From the NCBI GenBank assembly GCA_965655095.1, contig OZ296655.1, forward strand, positions 61,690,001 to 61,754,000: DNA of 64,000 bases, read 5' to 3'. This DNA comes from Haplodiscus bocki (lineage: Eukaryota). The notes beneath the pieces were generated by a model, which worked only from the letters and a program-made list of their open reading frames with translations, had not been told where the DNA came from and searched no databases. The translations under genes and the position numbers were made by a program. Below, piece after piece: positions 1 through 13,269 of this stretch. Each line of letters starts with the position of its first letter. The stretch's first letter is position 1.

Positions 1-60
1 ACGTGGTATTTTTGTTGTATGGCGGCTGTCCTCATTTGCAAAAAAACTTGTATGTAATTT

Positions 61-935
61 GATTTTTCCTGTGTCCCCATTGATATAAAATAATATAATG
101 TGACTAGATGGATTTACTCCTGAGACATGTTGATTGCGTCTGCGCAGTCTAAACATGAAGTTGTAACTATGTTGTCTTCCTCTTATAATGAATTTATAAT
201 CCAGTTATCATGAAGTTTAGTCATGTTGTTTAAAATTTGTTCGGTCACAGAGCTGTGCATGCAACAAATGGTCCAGCGCAACTGATAATTGATTCGAGTT
301 TGTTGGAATCTTTGCTTACACAAACAAACGACTTAAGTTGAGCGTGAACTCCAGTTGAACACTTCCTTTGTAGATTCACTTCATGGAACTCATGAGTCAC
401 ACATGCAGAGATAAGAAGCTGAAGACAACTTGAAATCAGATTTGGGATTCATCCTACAGCGTTTTGCTTGGAATAAAAAATGGAAAGTATTGTTTCGAGT
501 CAACGTAGCTAAGTTGATAGCGCACTGGAACTTCAATCCAGAGATGACGTATTCGAATCCAGCTGGGCGTGACTTTTTTATTATGCACAGTTTTGCGTTT
601 TTGCCTGTACTACCACTGATGATACCATGAAATAAAGTATTTACAAAACTAATTTTTCATCCCCGTGTACCCCCATTGCTATATAAAGGAAAAAATCTTT
701 TTGTAAAAATACATTTACATTCCTGTGCACCCCCATTAATACATAAACGGAAAAATCTTTTTACAAAATTAAATTTTCATTCCTGTGCACCCTATTGATA
801 TATAAATGAAAACTTTTTTTACAAAATTAAATTTTCATTCCTGTGCACCCCCATTGACACATAAATGAAAAAGTCTTTTCAAAAAATTGAATTTTCCTTT
901 TTGTGTACCCCCATTGATGCAGTATAATGTTTTTT
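61..935 (+). repeat. Relic of a Polinton TIR: tandem ~60-bp repeats carrying the motif TCCTGTG(T/C)ACCCCCATTGA
   Basis: Motif copies near 67, 603, 661, 721, 781, 839 and 901. The same motif occurs inside both TIRs of the 6991-20950 Polinton, in the same orientation as its right TIR. The outer TIR end is missing. Confidence 0.75.
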
Positions 936-1139
936 TTGCGTCTGCGTCTTTTGTTACTTCTCTGAGAAATCACTTGTCTGAGAAATCCGACATGGACGCA
1001 GCGTCCGCGGTTTTTGGCGTCAAATTCTGTTTTTCACACTACTATCGGGCTGTAGTTTTTGCGAATGATGAGTTGGAATTTGGCCAATCAGGGCTGCCTT
1101 TGGCCGATCCGGAATCCGCTCCTAATGTAATAAACAAAC

Positions 1140-3000
1140 AATATTTTTGGGAACACATCGTCTTTCTCAAATTAAATGTTGTTGATTTACAACTTGATGA
1201 AAAATCGAAGCAGAGAATTGACGAAAGATGACTTTGAATATCGAGACGTGCCAAGGCGAATGTTTTCTGCAAGTTTCGTCCATTAGGATTCCGATACAAG
1301 GAACAAAATGAACAATTTTTAATCGGACAGTTGGACATATGTGAAAAACTTCACGTTGAGATTTCCAGGGAAGAAATCAAGTCAGCAGATTTCATGAAAC
1401 ACGAATTTGAAAATCGAGATCAGTCCATTGTGAGAACATATTTAAAGATTTTGGACTCTCAAAACTCAAAATCAAAGAACGAAATCAAAAACTTTCCAAC
1501 CTAACGTTCCTCGAAAATTAAAGAAAATTGTAGCCTTGGTGGAGGAAATCAAGGCCATAGCTATGCACGAAATAGATTCACAATACAGGGAATGACCAAG
1601 TTAACTGGCAATTTTGTCATTTTCAGATTATTATTAATTTCCGCCATATTAAAATAATGGAAGCACAATCTTCCTCTCAAATGCGCTATTTCTAACGTTT
1701 TTGTAACTGATGCTTGACAATTGCGTTCACGCTAAAATCGACAATCTTGTTCACATCAACGAGAAAATATTTTTTCATTAAAGTATAGCAACTTTGACCT
1801 AGAATGCGACTGGAGTACAGAAACAATCCTCAAGACGTTCAAAAATTGGGTTTTTTGGGAAAATAGATCGCTCTTTTGAAAGAAACTTGAAACTTCTTAA
1901 AAACGCTACATGTGGCATTTTTTTCTAGAATGCGTCTCAATTGGTGTTTTTTTCCAGAAATTGTCGTTCTACCTTAATTTTAAAGTTTTTTTGGCAAAAA
2001 TTAAAAAAAAACTGAAAAATTTGAAAATTTGATGAGTAAACAGATATTTTCGCAAAAAGAACGATTTCATCCTTCTAAAAGGTATCTTCAACAATGCTGG
2101 ACGGCGCAAAGTAACCCGGAAATAGCCGGGAGTCTTGTTAGTTTTCCGATGCAAAAGAAAGAATCAATGAATTTCTCAATCCGGCATTCCTGTAAGAACT
2201 AAAAAGTTGTCGATTGAAACCTCCGTGAAAAAGGATGGCATTTAGCTACGTAGAAATAATAGCCTGGATAAGGAGATGAATCGAAAAATAACTTTCAGGT
2301 GTTTTCGGACCATCAGACTTCGAACGCCAAAAACAAAGGCCAAAACGTTTTAGGGACGAAAACTTTTACATCTATGATGGTGGTAACGATAGACTTGAAT
2401 GGGAAATCAAGACATTTTATGCGGAGAGAACTGCCTTTGAAAAATGAGATTTGTCAAAACAACTGACGTAAATTCGGGTTTATCAGGATTCAAATAAGGC
2501 GAACAAAAACGATAAATTTTCAATCTTTTGCTCCACTTGAAGCATAAAATTTTCAATGCAGACTTGATGGAGGAAATCAAAATTGTGGTTTTGGAAAAGT
2601 TTGGGTTTGAAAATTGAGATAAATCAACATCAGAGGCAATGTTTAGAATTTCTACGCTTTTAGAAATCCGATGTAAGGAACAAATTCGACAACCTTGCAA
2701 TCAAATAGCTTGCCGTGAGTTGAAACCCGTTAAAGGAAATTTTGATGGAAAAAATCGAACATGTTGTTACAGAGAAGCAAGAGTTCTGAATATCGAGAAA
2801 ACTGAATAAAAAAACACTTTCTGGATTTTTCGGGAAGTCGTCATTTAAACGCCAGGACCAGAATTGGTAATGTTCTTGTTGTTTCGGCTTTCGCTTGTTT
2901 TAAAGTGTTGATTGAAAATTATATGGAACACATCTACTTAGCAGCTATGGAGGGAGAAAGATTCAAAAGTCGAGATATTTAAAAACTGATGGAATTTTTT
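1140..3000 (+). pseudogene. Decayed coding-like tandem repeat (~45-48 aa units, e.g. LGFRYKEQ...EEIK...FENRDQ), interrupted by an unrelated segment at ~1600-2138
   Basis: Recurrent DNA words gatacaaggaacaaa/gatgtaaggaacaaa, ggaggaaatcaa and tttgaaaatcgagat at 1150-1560 and 2290-3000; many stop codons. Confidence 0.35.
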
Positions 3001-4716
3001 CTCATTTCCAGTCAATCAGGGTTCTCATGCAAAAAAGAAAATCATTTATTATTCATTGAAGTTTACTTTTGCAAGTATGAAATTTTCATTTGAGATCTAT
3101 TTGAAAAAATAGAAGACCGTAATACTGGAGTAAGGTGAGTTTCCACATCAAGGAACTTCAAAGCTGATTGAGATTTTTGGCATTCGCTTATTATGGGGAT
3201 CTCTGAAGCAAATGTTAGATCAGAAACTTTTTGAAGTGAACTTGTATCAATTGATGCCGGAAAACCTAGCAGAGCGTTGAAAAATGATACAAAAGGCTGA
3301 AAGGAAATCATTTATTTTCTTTTCTAATTAGTATTTTAAACAGGTTTTTTGAGTTTCCTTTCTGCTTTCTGGGAATATCGGAAATTTTTCCCCACTTTTA
3401 AAGAAGAACATTTAAAACGAACGATTTGTTCCAATGACGTTTGGAAACATTTTTTTGACAAAAAAATATCACATTCATCACAAAACCCGAAATTTTCTTG
3501 CTATTAAAACGTACCAACTTGAACTTGTTAACGAGTATCCTAAAACTTTTGAAAAATTTGTTCGACAGGGGGAGTCCAACTCTCCACCTGTGCTTTACCT
3601 AACTGCGATGACGCCTAACACAAATGTCTTATACAATCAACTAATGATTCTGCAACATGAAGCCTGTGCGTCATGGGTAGTTTCAGGAAAAAGAAAGAAA
3701 CTCCAAATACCGAATTGAATAATTTCCTTCCGACAAATTTTTTGGACGGAAATGACGATCAATGGAGAGTTTTGGGAATTATATGCAATGGAAATCTGTG
3801 GCCGTCTCCGTGTACATGAGGTTGGGCGACAGATGACTCAGTACCGGACTGCGGAAAATCATCCTTCAAAGTTTCCCTGTTTCCGTACTGGGCTCTGGGA
3901 GGAGCAGGAGAAACGTTTGCGGATTGACTGCAAATCGCAACTCTTATGCTTAGCCTACGTGCTCTTTAAAGCTAAAGTTGCCGCGGAAAAGATCTGCTTG
4001 CTTGACTCTGGTCGTCGGTGACATGTACAAGGTGGCTAAACTTGGATTTTCCAGAGAATCAGTTACTTGAATTATACCCATAATAATAATACAAAAGGGG
4101 AAAAGCTTTGAATTTTCCGGTATAATTTCGAAGATTACTCTCTTGTATCTTCTGTGTCTTGCTATGGAAAGAAAGGGGCGCCTGTCTGGTATCTTCCACC
4201 CTTATAATTTTACATTGCTCATTTGCATGACCTGCATGTTGAAAAATTACCAAAATTGGAATTTAGAATTTTTGGGAAATTGTGTGATGTCGCTCAAAGT
4301 GAGGATTGTCATGACCGCAAGGTTTGCATTACAATCATTGTGCAATCTTCAGGTATTGTTTATTCGATCGGACTAAAGGTAATGGGGTTGATAGGATGCG
4401 GTGGTGTGATAGAAATCTCATTATTCTGTGAAGCTGATACAACTAGAAAAAAAATTTCATCAGGACAAGCGATTACTGAGATATACGTCCAGAGGTTTGC
4501 ACTCATAGGCTTGAAAATTAAGAGCTGTTTTTGTGAAGGTAAATCTTGTTTGTAGTTTTAATATATACCGCTTGACGTAATGCAACAATTGTTTTCTTCT
4601 ATGTCGCGGAATCATTGAAAAGACCAATAGGAGTGTACTTATGACGTTTGCGTAAACCCCTTTTCTGCAAGTCCAGTTTAGAAGCATGATAGCTGAGGGG
4701 TCAGTCATATAAGTTA

Positions 4717-5646
4717 CCGTATATAATCATGTATAAGTCGAGTTTCTGGGACCCGGTTTCAAGGTAAAATTTCAAGGGTCGCTTTATACACGAGTAATGT
4801 TTTAAACATGTTGCTGCTGAGTCGAGTTGTATGTGGTGTGAAAAGAAAACTCCAATTTTGCTTTATTTAAACACAGTATAGTGGTACACAGTAAAGTTAC
4901 ACAGTATAGTAGTACACAGTATACGGTAGTATTGACTTAACAGTAGTCCAACAAAAAGTTTATTCAAATCCTTCAAAGCAAGTCGAATCATCGCTACTGC
5001 TTTCCCCAAAAATTGCAGTCCACTCCTCAAAACCGCAAGTATTGGTTTCATCGTCATAGAAGTCGTTGTCACTGTCAAGTGGACGTATACTTATTTCGTT
5101 TGCCTGGCATCATACAATATTTTAGGGCTGGTCAATTTTTATAATGCAACTGGTTACGGCAAATACCGGTAGACGTTTGTGCATGGACAATGCAGGAATT
5201 ATTTTGTAAATGTTCATTGAGGCATGCACATTCCATTGCGAGACGATTTCGTGCAAGCACACGCACATGCGACAGCTCAGCGTGCGTTTGACATTCCCGC
5301 TGCGTTGAGAATATTTATTCACCATTATCATACTGTACTGTAGATACATGGCAAGATAAAAACGTTCTGCATATAGGGCTGCCTTCAAACTGGAGGTTGT
5401 TGATTATGCGGAATAGAATTTCATTTTATGATTATGCGGAATAGAAAATAAAAAAAAAGAATTTTATACCAATTTTCGTTCAAAATTTAAGGGTGCGCGT
5501 TATAATTGAATAAATACGGTAATCGAAAATTTTCGCAAATTGCGGAGTCGACTTATACACGAGTAATACCTTTAATGATGCAATTTCTTGTCTTAAAATG
5601 CGTATCGACGTATACACGAGGTCGACTTATACATGAGTATATTCGG
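4717..5646. mobile_element. Non-autonomous pogo/Tigger-like (Tc1/mariner) DNA transposon (MITE)
   Basis: TIR CCGTATATAATCATGTATAAGTCGA at 4717 matches the reverse complement of TCGACTTATACATGAGTATATTCGG ending at 5646. TA flanks both ends (4715-16, 5647-48). Subterminal (TCG)ACTTATACACGAG repeats at ~4780, 5547 and 5606. Confidence 0.85.
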
Positions 5647-6547
5647 TAAATATTCGATCTAAGATGAAACCGGCAGCTCTGGACAACGATATCCTCTTTA
5701 CAAGACGTGCTCGGTTTATTGAATGCTCACAAGGTCAAAAACTTATTGACCTCCGGACACGACAAAAAAGATACGTGTTTCTGTATAGTACTACCAAAAA
5801 TTCTATCGAAATCATGATTAATTTATACTCAGAGGTGGATCTTAAATGTTTTTACAAGCATCGAGGAAGAAAAAGGCAAAATTTTATTGCGAGTCGATGG
5901 ATGCAGACTCCAGGAAATACTTTAATTTGACACCAGTTCTGAGTTTGAAACTGAAGCTTACGGGTACCTGAGACTATTGAGTGTAATAGGCTCAATGTTG
6001 AAAGCTATAAAGCAACATTTTCAAATTGTTAGTCCGATTCCGGCTGTTTTAATTTTTTTCCATTGGAAAATTTGCATTCTCAAGATCCCAGCGAATAAAA
6101 GTTGAAACAATAACTCTGAAAAAAATGAGTAGCCCTGCGGTATTTCAAGTCCTCTCAAATAGCGACGCAAAATGTGAAATCTCTGAATCACAGAGCTTCT
6201 CTGAATTTTCAAGCCATGGTTTTCTTCAGCAAAAAAAACATGTACTTGCCAAATAATTTTAAATTCCTTAAAATACTGCTTCGGAGGTGCGTAACAGAAG
6301 CAAAAATTTGGCATTCTTTAATTGTGCAAGCTGAACCCCCTCCCCTTCGAAAACAGGACAGATCCGTCTGAAAATCTACATTCGGGTGTTAGATTCAATG
6401 TCTGAAATTTTCTTATCCATTTTTAAACTAGGTTATAAGACAATTGAGCTCACCCCCTCCTCCGTCCCAATTCAAGAATTCAAGATCATTTTCTCAGAGT
6501 AAAGCAACTCAAAAAAACCGTCAAAAAAAACAATGAATAAGTAATTA

Positions 6548-6828
6548 TGAAGTGAGCCGGATGATAATAACTTCCCAAACAGGGGTGGCATTTATCTGAA
6601 AACTTTTTCGAAAGTATGCAAAGCAAAATGCTGCATTTTTCATCGAGATCTGCAGTTAATTATGCGGAATGCTGCAATGAACGCAGAAAAACAGAGGCTC
6701 AGTTGAGATTCTCTTGAGTGAAAGGTTCAAACGACAACTCGTCGTTTTGCATTGCATACTTTCGAAAAAAAATTATGCATACAAATGCCACCCCTGTTTG
6801 GAAAGTTATTATTATCCGGCTCACTTCA
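6548..6828. mobile_element. MITE with ~80-bp TIRs and apparent TTA target duplication (PIF/Harbinger-like TSD)
   Basis: TGAAGTGAGCCGGATGATAATAACTTCCCAAACAGGGGTGGCATTT... has an inverted copy ending ...GGCTCACTTCA at 6828. TTA at 6545-47 and 6829-31. Confidence 0.8.
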
Positions 6829-6834
6829 TTATGA

Positions 6835-6990
6835 TTACCCGATGTGCCGATAATCAGTTGCAGCAACTCAGTAATATTTGAGATTTGCTCATTCAAGGTT
6901 TCGAAATTAGCCCTTATCTTCTCATCAACTGCCTCTGAAGTGATTCTATTGTTATCTTCCGAATCAGACTTGTCCGAAACGCGGCTCGTG
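6835..6990 (-). pseudogene. Distal half of a gag-like ORF split by the Polinton
   Basis: TSRVSDKSDSEDNNRITSEAVDEKIRANFETLNEQISNITELLQLI (coiled-coil-like). In frame with 21045-20951 once the Polinton and one TSD copy are removed. Confidence 0.6.
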
Positions 6991-7640
6991 AGTAGTGTCA
7001 TTATGGGATAACCATATAAAAAATTTTACCCACCCAAGATAGCGCACAACGCAAAAATAAAATTAATAAAAAACAGTACAAAATAAGTAAAATTAACAAA
7101 AGACAGAGCAAATCACGCAAAATTAGTAAAAAAAACAGTAAAAAGTAATTAAAATTAGTAGAAAAACAAAAACGGTGAAAATATGTAAAAATTATTAAAA
7201 ATTATATTAAAAAATAATAATTATACTATATCCATGACGGTACACATGACGTTACAATATTTAAGTAAAATTATAATAATTTAAACTGTATCAATGGGGG
7301 TACACATGATTGATGATGAGGAATACAATTACATTTTATAAAAATTTTTCTTTGCAAAAAATTGAGTTTTCATAAAAACTATTTTGAATATTGTATCAAT
7401 GGGGGTACACAGAAATGATGATGAAAAAAATACAACTTATATTCTTCAAAAAATGTTTGTTCTGGAAAAAATTGTTTTTTTCACAAAAGTTTTTTTGATT
7501 GGTGTATCAATTGGTGTACACAGGAATTATATTTAAAAAAAAAAAGATATTTCCGAAAAAATATTTTCAAAAAAAAACTAAAAATTAGTTTGTAAAAAAC
7601 ATTTCGAATGGTTCGGTATACCAAGGGTTGCATACAAATA
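6991..7640 (+). repeat. Left TIR of Polinton-1 with internal TCAATGGGGGTACACA repeats
   Basis: Inverted match to 20500-20950; motif copies at ~7232, 7290, 7396 and 7506. Inner boundary approximate. Confidence 0.85.
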
Positions 7641-7899
7641 TGATGGAAAAAAATATTTTGAAAAAATATTTGTATACAGATAAGACTACAAAAATATTGA
7701 GAATGGTCATTTATGCAAGGTTCCACATGAACTTGTATGATTTACGACCAACGTTCGCGTTCTATATTGTTGCAATACTTTCGTTTGTCATCGAATGCAA
7801 TCAATGCAAGTTTGTTGACTCTTTGTAATTACATTCCATGAATTTTAACATTTTGCATTCAATGCAAGTTTGCTAATTCTTTGTAATTACATTTCATGA

Positions 7900-10800
7900 A
7901 TTTCAAGAAGTTAATTCATAACTTAATTATCAACATTTTCAATAAAACCCTTCTCTCCTTTCGAGGGGTCACACTCTAAACATATTTCCAATCATCAATT
8001 TTTTTTGTTTTGTTATCTTTTTTTAGTTTTAACTATAGGTTTATTCTTTCCTTTTCGTCTGGTTTCATATAAGCAATTGCTTTCGATCTCAATGCCCAGA
8101 AGTTGTGTATGTTGTATCGGGAGTCTGAACTTTTTTAACCATTTACATCTGCATTTTCAATACAATATAAAAGATGTTCGTTATCAATTTTATTAAAAGC
8201 AAACAAACCTTTTCCGTCATGAAATTTATTCAAGTCCCGAATCAAATCATCTGTTTTTATACTCAATACAAATGCATCAAAATTCATATATTACAAATGT
8301 AGATTTCCAGCCACTTTGGGATCAAAGAATCAGGAGTCATTATAAACTTCATACATATATAAATTTGACAATTCTAAAATAATAAGTCCTAAAAATAAAG
8401 GTCTATGAAAAATCACTCGTTTTTTCTTGAAGTAATAAATATCAAAATTATCATTTGATTTTACATTATCAAAATCTATTCTACTCTAGCATTTTAGCAT
8501 TTTAGGTACTTCCTTATCAATTATAAATTTCACTTTTAATTTTGTCCGTGCGTTTTCCATCGTTTTTCCATAAAATGCATGTATTAACAAATTACAGAAA
8601 TATTCGTTGCTTCTGTTTCAGCTCTCGTTTTTCCATTTTAGGTCAAAATAAGGAGCCAACCAAGGTTTCCAAACTTTTTGTTTGAAATTAATCACTTCAT
8701 TCTTTTTCTCAATTTTCAGACCCATTCTTAACACGAAGTTCAGTTGTCTATAATAAATTTGCTTAGCACCCCAATCACAAATTAGCTTATCATGTGATCC
8801 ATAGTTTTTCGGTTTATTGGATTTCACGTATTCAGTGAAAACAATAATGTTCACTAATTTGTTTTCTGGACAAAAGAGGAAGTTTTTTGTTTTTTCTTTG
8901 ATTTCATTTGGGTAATCAAAATAAACTTCGACGAAGTAACGAAATTCTGCAGAATCATCAGTCATAAAAAACTCATCCATAAAAACATCAATTTTAAAAC
9001 GAATAACTTTACAGGGTAGATATTGTGACATACTCCAAACGTTTTTGTATTTTTAGAATTTATAAAACCAATCTATATTTTTCAGTGCTTTGTATTTATC
9101 TATCAACCATTTTTCCATATACACATATAGTTTTTTTTTCAATTGTTACAAATAGGTCTGGATTTTTTAAATTCTGTAATTTATTACCATTAGAGTTGGA
9201 ACCATATTGCCACGTAAACCCAGGTGAACTCACAAAGTAGAAAGTTTTTATTTCATGCTCCTGAATTATTAAATTGGTGAATTTTTCAAAAACATCACTT
9301 AGAAGACGCGCATCTGATTTTAAAAATAATAGGGTTCTATTTTTTCCTGCCTTTATATTGTGTTTATTATATCTTTCAAAAGCTTTTTGGACACCTCCCA
9401 AATGTGTTTCTTTTAAAGTGACCTTCAAATGCGCTTTAGTAAGTTGATCTATTGACATATACTATTCATCAGTTGAATTGTAGTGTTCATAAGGATAAGA
9501 CATCTTACTTGCTTGAACGTGTAAAGATCCTCGTTCTCTCTTGGTTACAGTTAAACCTTCCAGTTTCGGGCTGCTTGATAAATAATCTAAGCTTCCCTGC
9601 AAAATTAACTTTAAACAATCATATGTAATGGATCTGAAAATCTCATTGTTTTTGGAATTATCTTGAATTTAGTTTTTGGTTTTTCCTTGCAATTTTTTTC
9701 TGTAAAAAACAGATGAATTTCATAACCGTTTAGATTATGAATAAATATTGGAATAAACTTGAGTTGTTTTGAATTGTTGTTACCTGCGTTACGTGCCGTT
9801 TTTTTGTATCTACTGGATAGATGGCAATGTTCTCTAACTTTTCCGCAATTTTCCCTATTCATAACAAAAAAGGAAGACATTGGAGCGAAAGGTTGATTAC
9901 ATAGCCAACACTCAGTAGCTTTACTGAACTTTTCCTCGTCCTCTTCAGTCACACTCATAGTAATATATGCATGATTGAAATGATACTTTGTTTTATTTTC
10001 TACTTTTAACAAATCATCAACGAATCCTTCCCCATTACATAAAACAAAATAATGGTGATACCCAGGGTCTAACACTTCAAGTAAATCAGATATCGTGTAT
10101 TACACCGGACCAACTGGTTTGTGGTGCTGAAAACTAAATGTCTCCCAAACCTTGTTGTTCTGATCTCAAGGAAGGTTAGTCCTACCGTCTGAACAATCAA
10201 AATCACAATCAATTCGGAAAGCTACAGGATTTTTGTAGTTGTTTTGGTTTGAAATACAACCAACTTTCTTTGGGAAATTTCAATATACAAGGTTCATTCG
10301 TCTGGCAATTTATTTGATGATTTTGTAATTTACACTCATCGTCAAATGAAGTCAGACATTTTCTACAACCTTGTGTTTTATTATAGTTACGGATGAATAC
10401 ATGCAGTTTTCTAATTAAACAATAACGTTTCCCATAACATGATAAGTCAATTGGGTCACTCCCACTATCTGGAAGATAAAGTGGTAACAGTTAATAGGTC
10501 ACACTTGAAAAGTCTTTAACATTAACATTGAGTTCAAATACATCAAGATTTAAAGTATTCTCAGATCCTAAATTCGGAAAATCGTCAAGTTTCAATCCAT
10601 TATTGAAATCAATATCTCTTACACCTAATTTACTAAAGTGTCGGCCATAACTAGTTGTATAATTTTGATTCGTTGCTGTTGGAAGAATTTCAGCTAAAAA
10701 GACCATAGAGCACGAAACTTAATAATAGTTTCAACGTTTGAAAAAGCTTGGTTGTTATTAGGTAACTCTCCTTACGTACCACCACTGAGAGGATTTGTTT

Positions 10801-11770
10801 TATAAATTTCAGTTTGAATTGATATAATCTTTTGAAATTGCAACCGAGACCCTTGTCCTTCTGTGTTTCAATTCTCGTTTGCAATTCCTTGTTTATTTAG
10901 TGGATTGGTAATTCTAGTAGAATTTGAGTTTTTACAATTTCAATACCTGAACTAATGTGATGATTACCTCTTCCATAATCTCCATCATTATAAACCTTTT
11001 CAGGCAATAGAAACTTAATTGATAATTGAAAAGTGGCTGATCTAATAATCTAACATGTTTTCGAGATGTCTGTTTAGTTATCTCTTGATATCAACTTGTT
11101 TTATCTGATCATCAAAGGGTTTGATTGTACGTATTGATTCATTTGGTTTGCCAGCAGAATCCATAGTTTGATTATCAAGTATATTAGGATAAATACAATC
11201 ATCAAGACAATAAGGATTGATTGAAGTCTTTTTAGCCTGAATTGGGATGCAATTTTAATTAAGACTTGAGACTGCTACTTCTCTAAGTGATGGAAAAGAT
11301 GTTTTAGCATCCATTGAAACAGCCTTCCGACCATGATTAATTATATGTTTGTCAGATCTTACATGTTTTTCTCAAAATGAACTTCTACGTTCCACATTAA
11401 ACATTTAACATCTTCTCCATTGTACATCACCTCTATTGAAATTTTTGATATGAGTTTGGGATCTTAAACGGTTATCATAGATTTTCTAGCTAAATCCTTT
11501 GTTGAACTTCTCACCTTCTGTTTTCCGTATGGACTAGCCACAGCAGCTCCAGCAAGGTGTTCTTCAGTCGGCAAAAGGTTATCATAATCACGACTGGAAT
11601 TAGGAATTAAATAACAATTTTCACACCTCATCCTAAAGCCGGTTTTAAACAAATCAATGTTACTTCTTAAGTGAGCAGCGGTTCTACTCCGACGAATGTC
11701 TTGCGCACAAACGTTGCACCGATTAATTCTTCTACTTTGCTGTTTTTTTAAGTGAAAAATCTTTGACAAA
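7900..11770 (-). pseudogene. Protein-primed family B DNA polymerase (pPolB) with N-terminal C2H2-like zinc fingers; frameshifted
   Basis: CWLC...KVREHCHLSSRY...IPIFIHNLNGYE (exonuclease); MSQYLP; YFVEVYFDYP; FCNLLIHAFYGKTMEN (~8555-8600, KxxxNxxYGK motif); RPLFLGLIILELS; degenerate YMNFDA. CNVC...HLRS zinc finger at 11464-11769. Confidence 0.9.
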
Positions 11771-11814
11771 AAATTGGAAACTTTTCAATTTTTAAATTTG
11801 TTAATATTTAAAAA

Positions 11815-12650
11815 ATGACTCAGAAAATAATCATCAATTTCTTTGATGAAATTTATTCAAAACAATCGAAAAAGAATTATACCACTATAAAAACTTTTAT
11901 TCATCAAATTGATGTTACTTGGAGTTCCGATATATTAAATTTAAGCGATTATGGTCCTGAAAATGATAGAGGTTTCAGATAAATTTCAATATTCATTCCT
12001 AACTTCACAAAACATGGCTGGACATTTCCCCTCAAAAATGAAACCTCTCAAACCATAACCAACACTTTCAAAAAAATCTTGTTTTATTCAAAAAGAAGCA
12101 AAATCAGTTGAAACAGATGATGGCAAAGAATTTGTAAACAAAGTTTTCACTGACCTCTGAAAAAAAACACTAAACGATATTCCAGAAATACATCCTTATG
12201 AGCCGTTTTGCAGAAGGCTTCAGTCGTACTAAGGCAATCTCCTGAAAAAACTTGTTTTTGAAAAAAGCGATGCTAATTGATTGGACGTGTTGCCACAATA
12301 ACAAAGCAATAGATAGACAGAAAACATTCTTTTACCAAATTAACACCATTCCAAGCTTCTCTAAAGAAGAATGAAGGCTTTAGTTACCAAAAATCTTCGG
12401 ACAAAAGAACGACGTAAAATCAAAAGACAAAAATCATGAACTTGCCAGAGAGGCGGACGTAAAGAAAAGGTTCTAAAAAGGTGATACAACTAATCGGAAA
12501 AACACAACGTATAAAACAACAAAAATTTTTATTGGTACAATACCGAGTCATTAAATTGACCAACTTCCCGAAAGATACACTGAAGTTTTACTGAAAAAGA
12601 CGCCATTCACAATGAAAAAAAACTGTGTTTCGAAAAGAATCAATTAAACT
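11815..12650 (+). pseudogene. Retroviral-like (rve) integrase of Polinton-1
   Basis: IDVTWSSDILNLSDYGPEND, NFTKHGWTFPLKN, VETDDGKEFVNK and FAEGFSRT motifs, with stops and frameshifts. Confidence 0.88.
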
Positions 12651-12699
12651 TGAATACATTCGCTTAACGAATTGATAACATACAAATGTATTACGTTTT

Positions 12700-13140
12700 T
12701 TTACGGTTTCACAGAGTTTTAATCCACAATCAATTCAAAAAAAAACAACAAGCAATAAAAAAACACACCAAGTTTGGAGCAAGAGAGCAAGATCGAACTG
12801 GATTCCAGAGTAGAGCTTCAAATGAGAGACGATAATTTCTCAACAAATTTTGGCAAACTCCATCTTCAACCTAGTGACGGAACGCATTAGACTTGTTATC
12901 TAAGGAAATACATTTTGATTTTCATGGGTATCATCGCCCTAAAACTTTTTTCAAATATAGTAAAAGCAATACATGGAAAAAGTGTTTTTTTCTGAAAATC
13001 AAATTCAAAAATTCAATACGCTCTGTGGTAGTTTTTGTTTGCTCATTATTTTTTCTATACTCTAGATTTAAATGGATTTCACAAGAGCAGTGTTGCATTT
13101 GTTTTACAGAAAGTAACCGAAAACAAAAAAAACGTTTCAA
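12700..13140 (+). pseudogene. Adenain-like cysteine protease relic
   Basis: GKLHLQPSDGTH*TCY...FDFHG...QKFNTLCGSFCL (His, Asp, Gln and Cys motifs); homologous to 42910-43290. Confidence 0.75.
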
Positions 13141-13269
13141 ATGATATTTTCAATCAAAGAAGATGTAAAAACTAAAAAAGAAAAGTTTAACAAAATAAAA
13201 AAATGTTTTAGATGAAACAGTTTCTGCTCAAAGATTTCTTACAGTTTGATACTTCGTGTCATTTAAAAG

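Noticed and set aside
3740-4560. Possible host exons
   Set aside because: All frames examined have stops or lack a recognisable domain.
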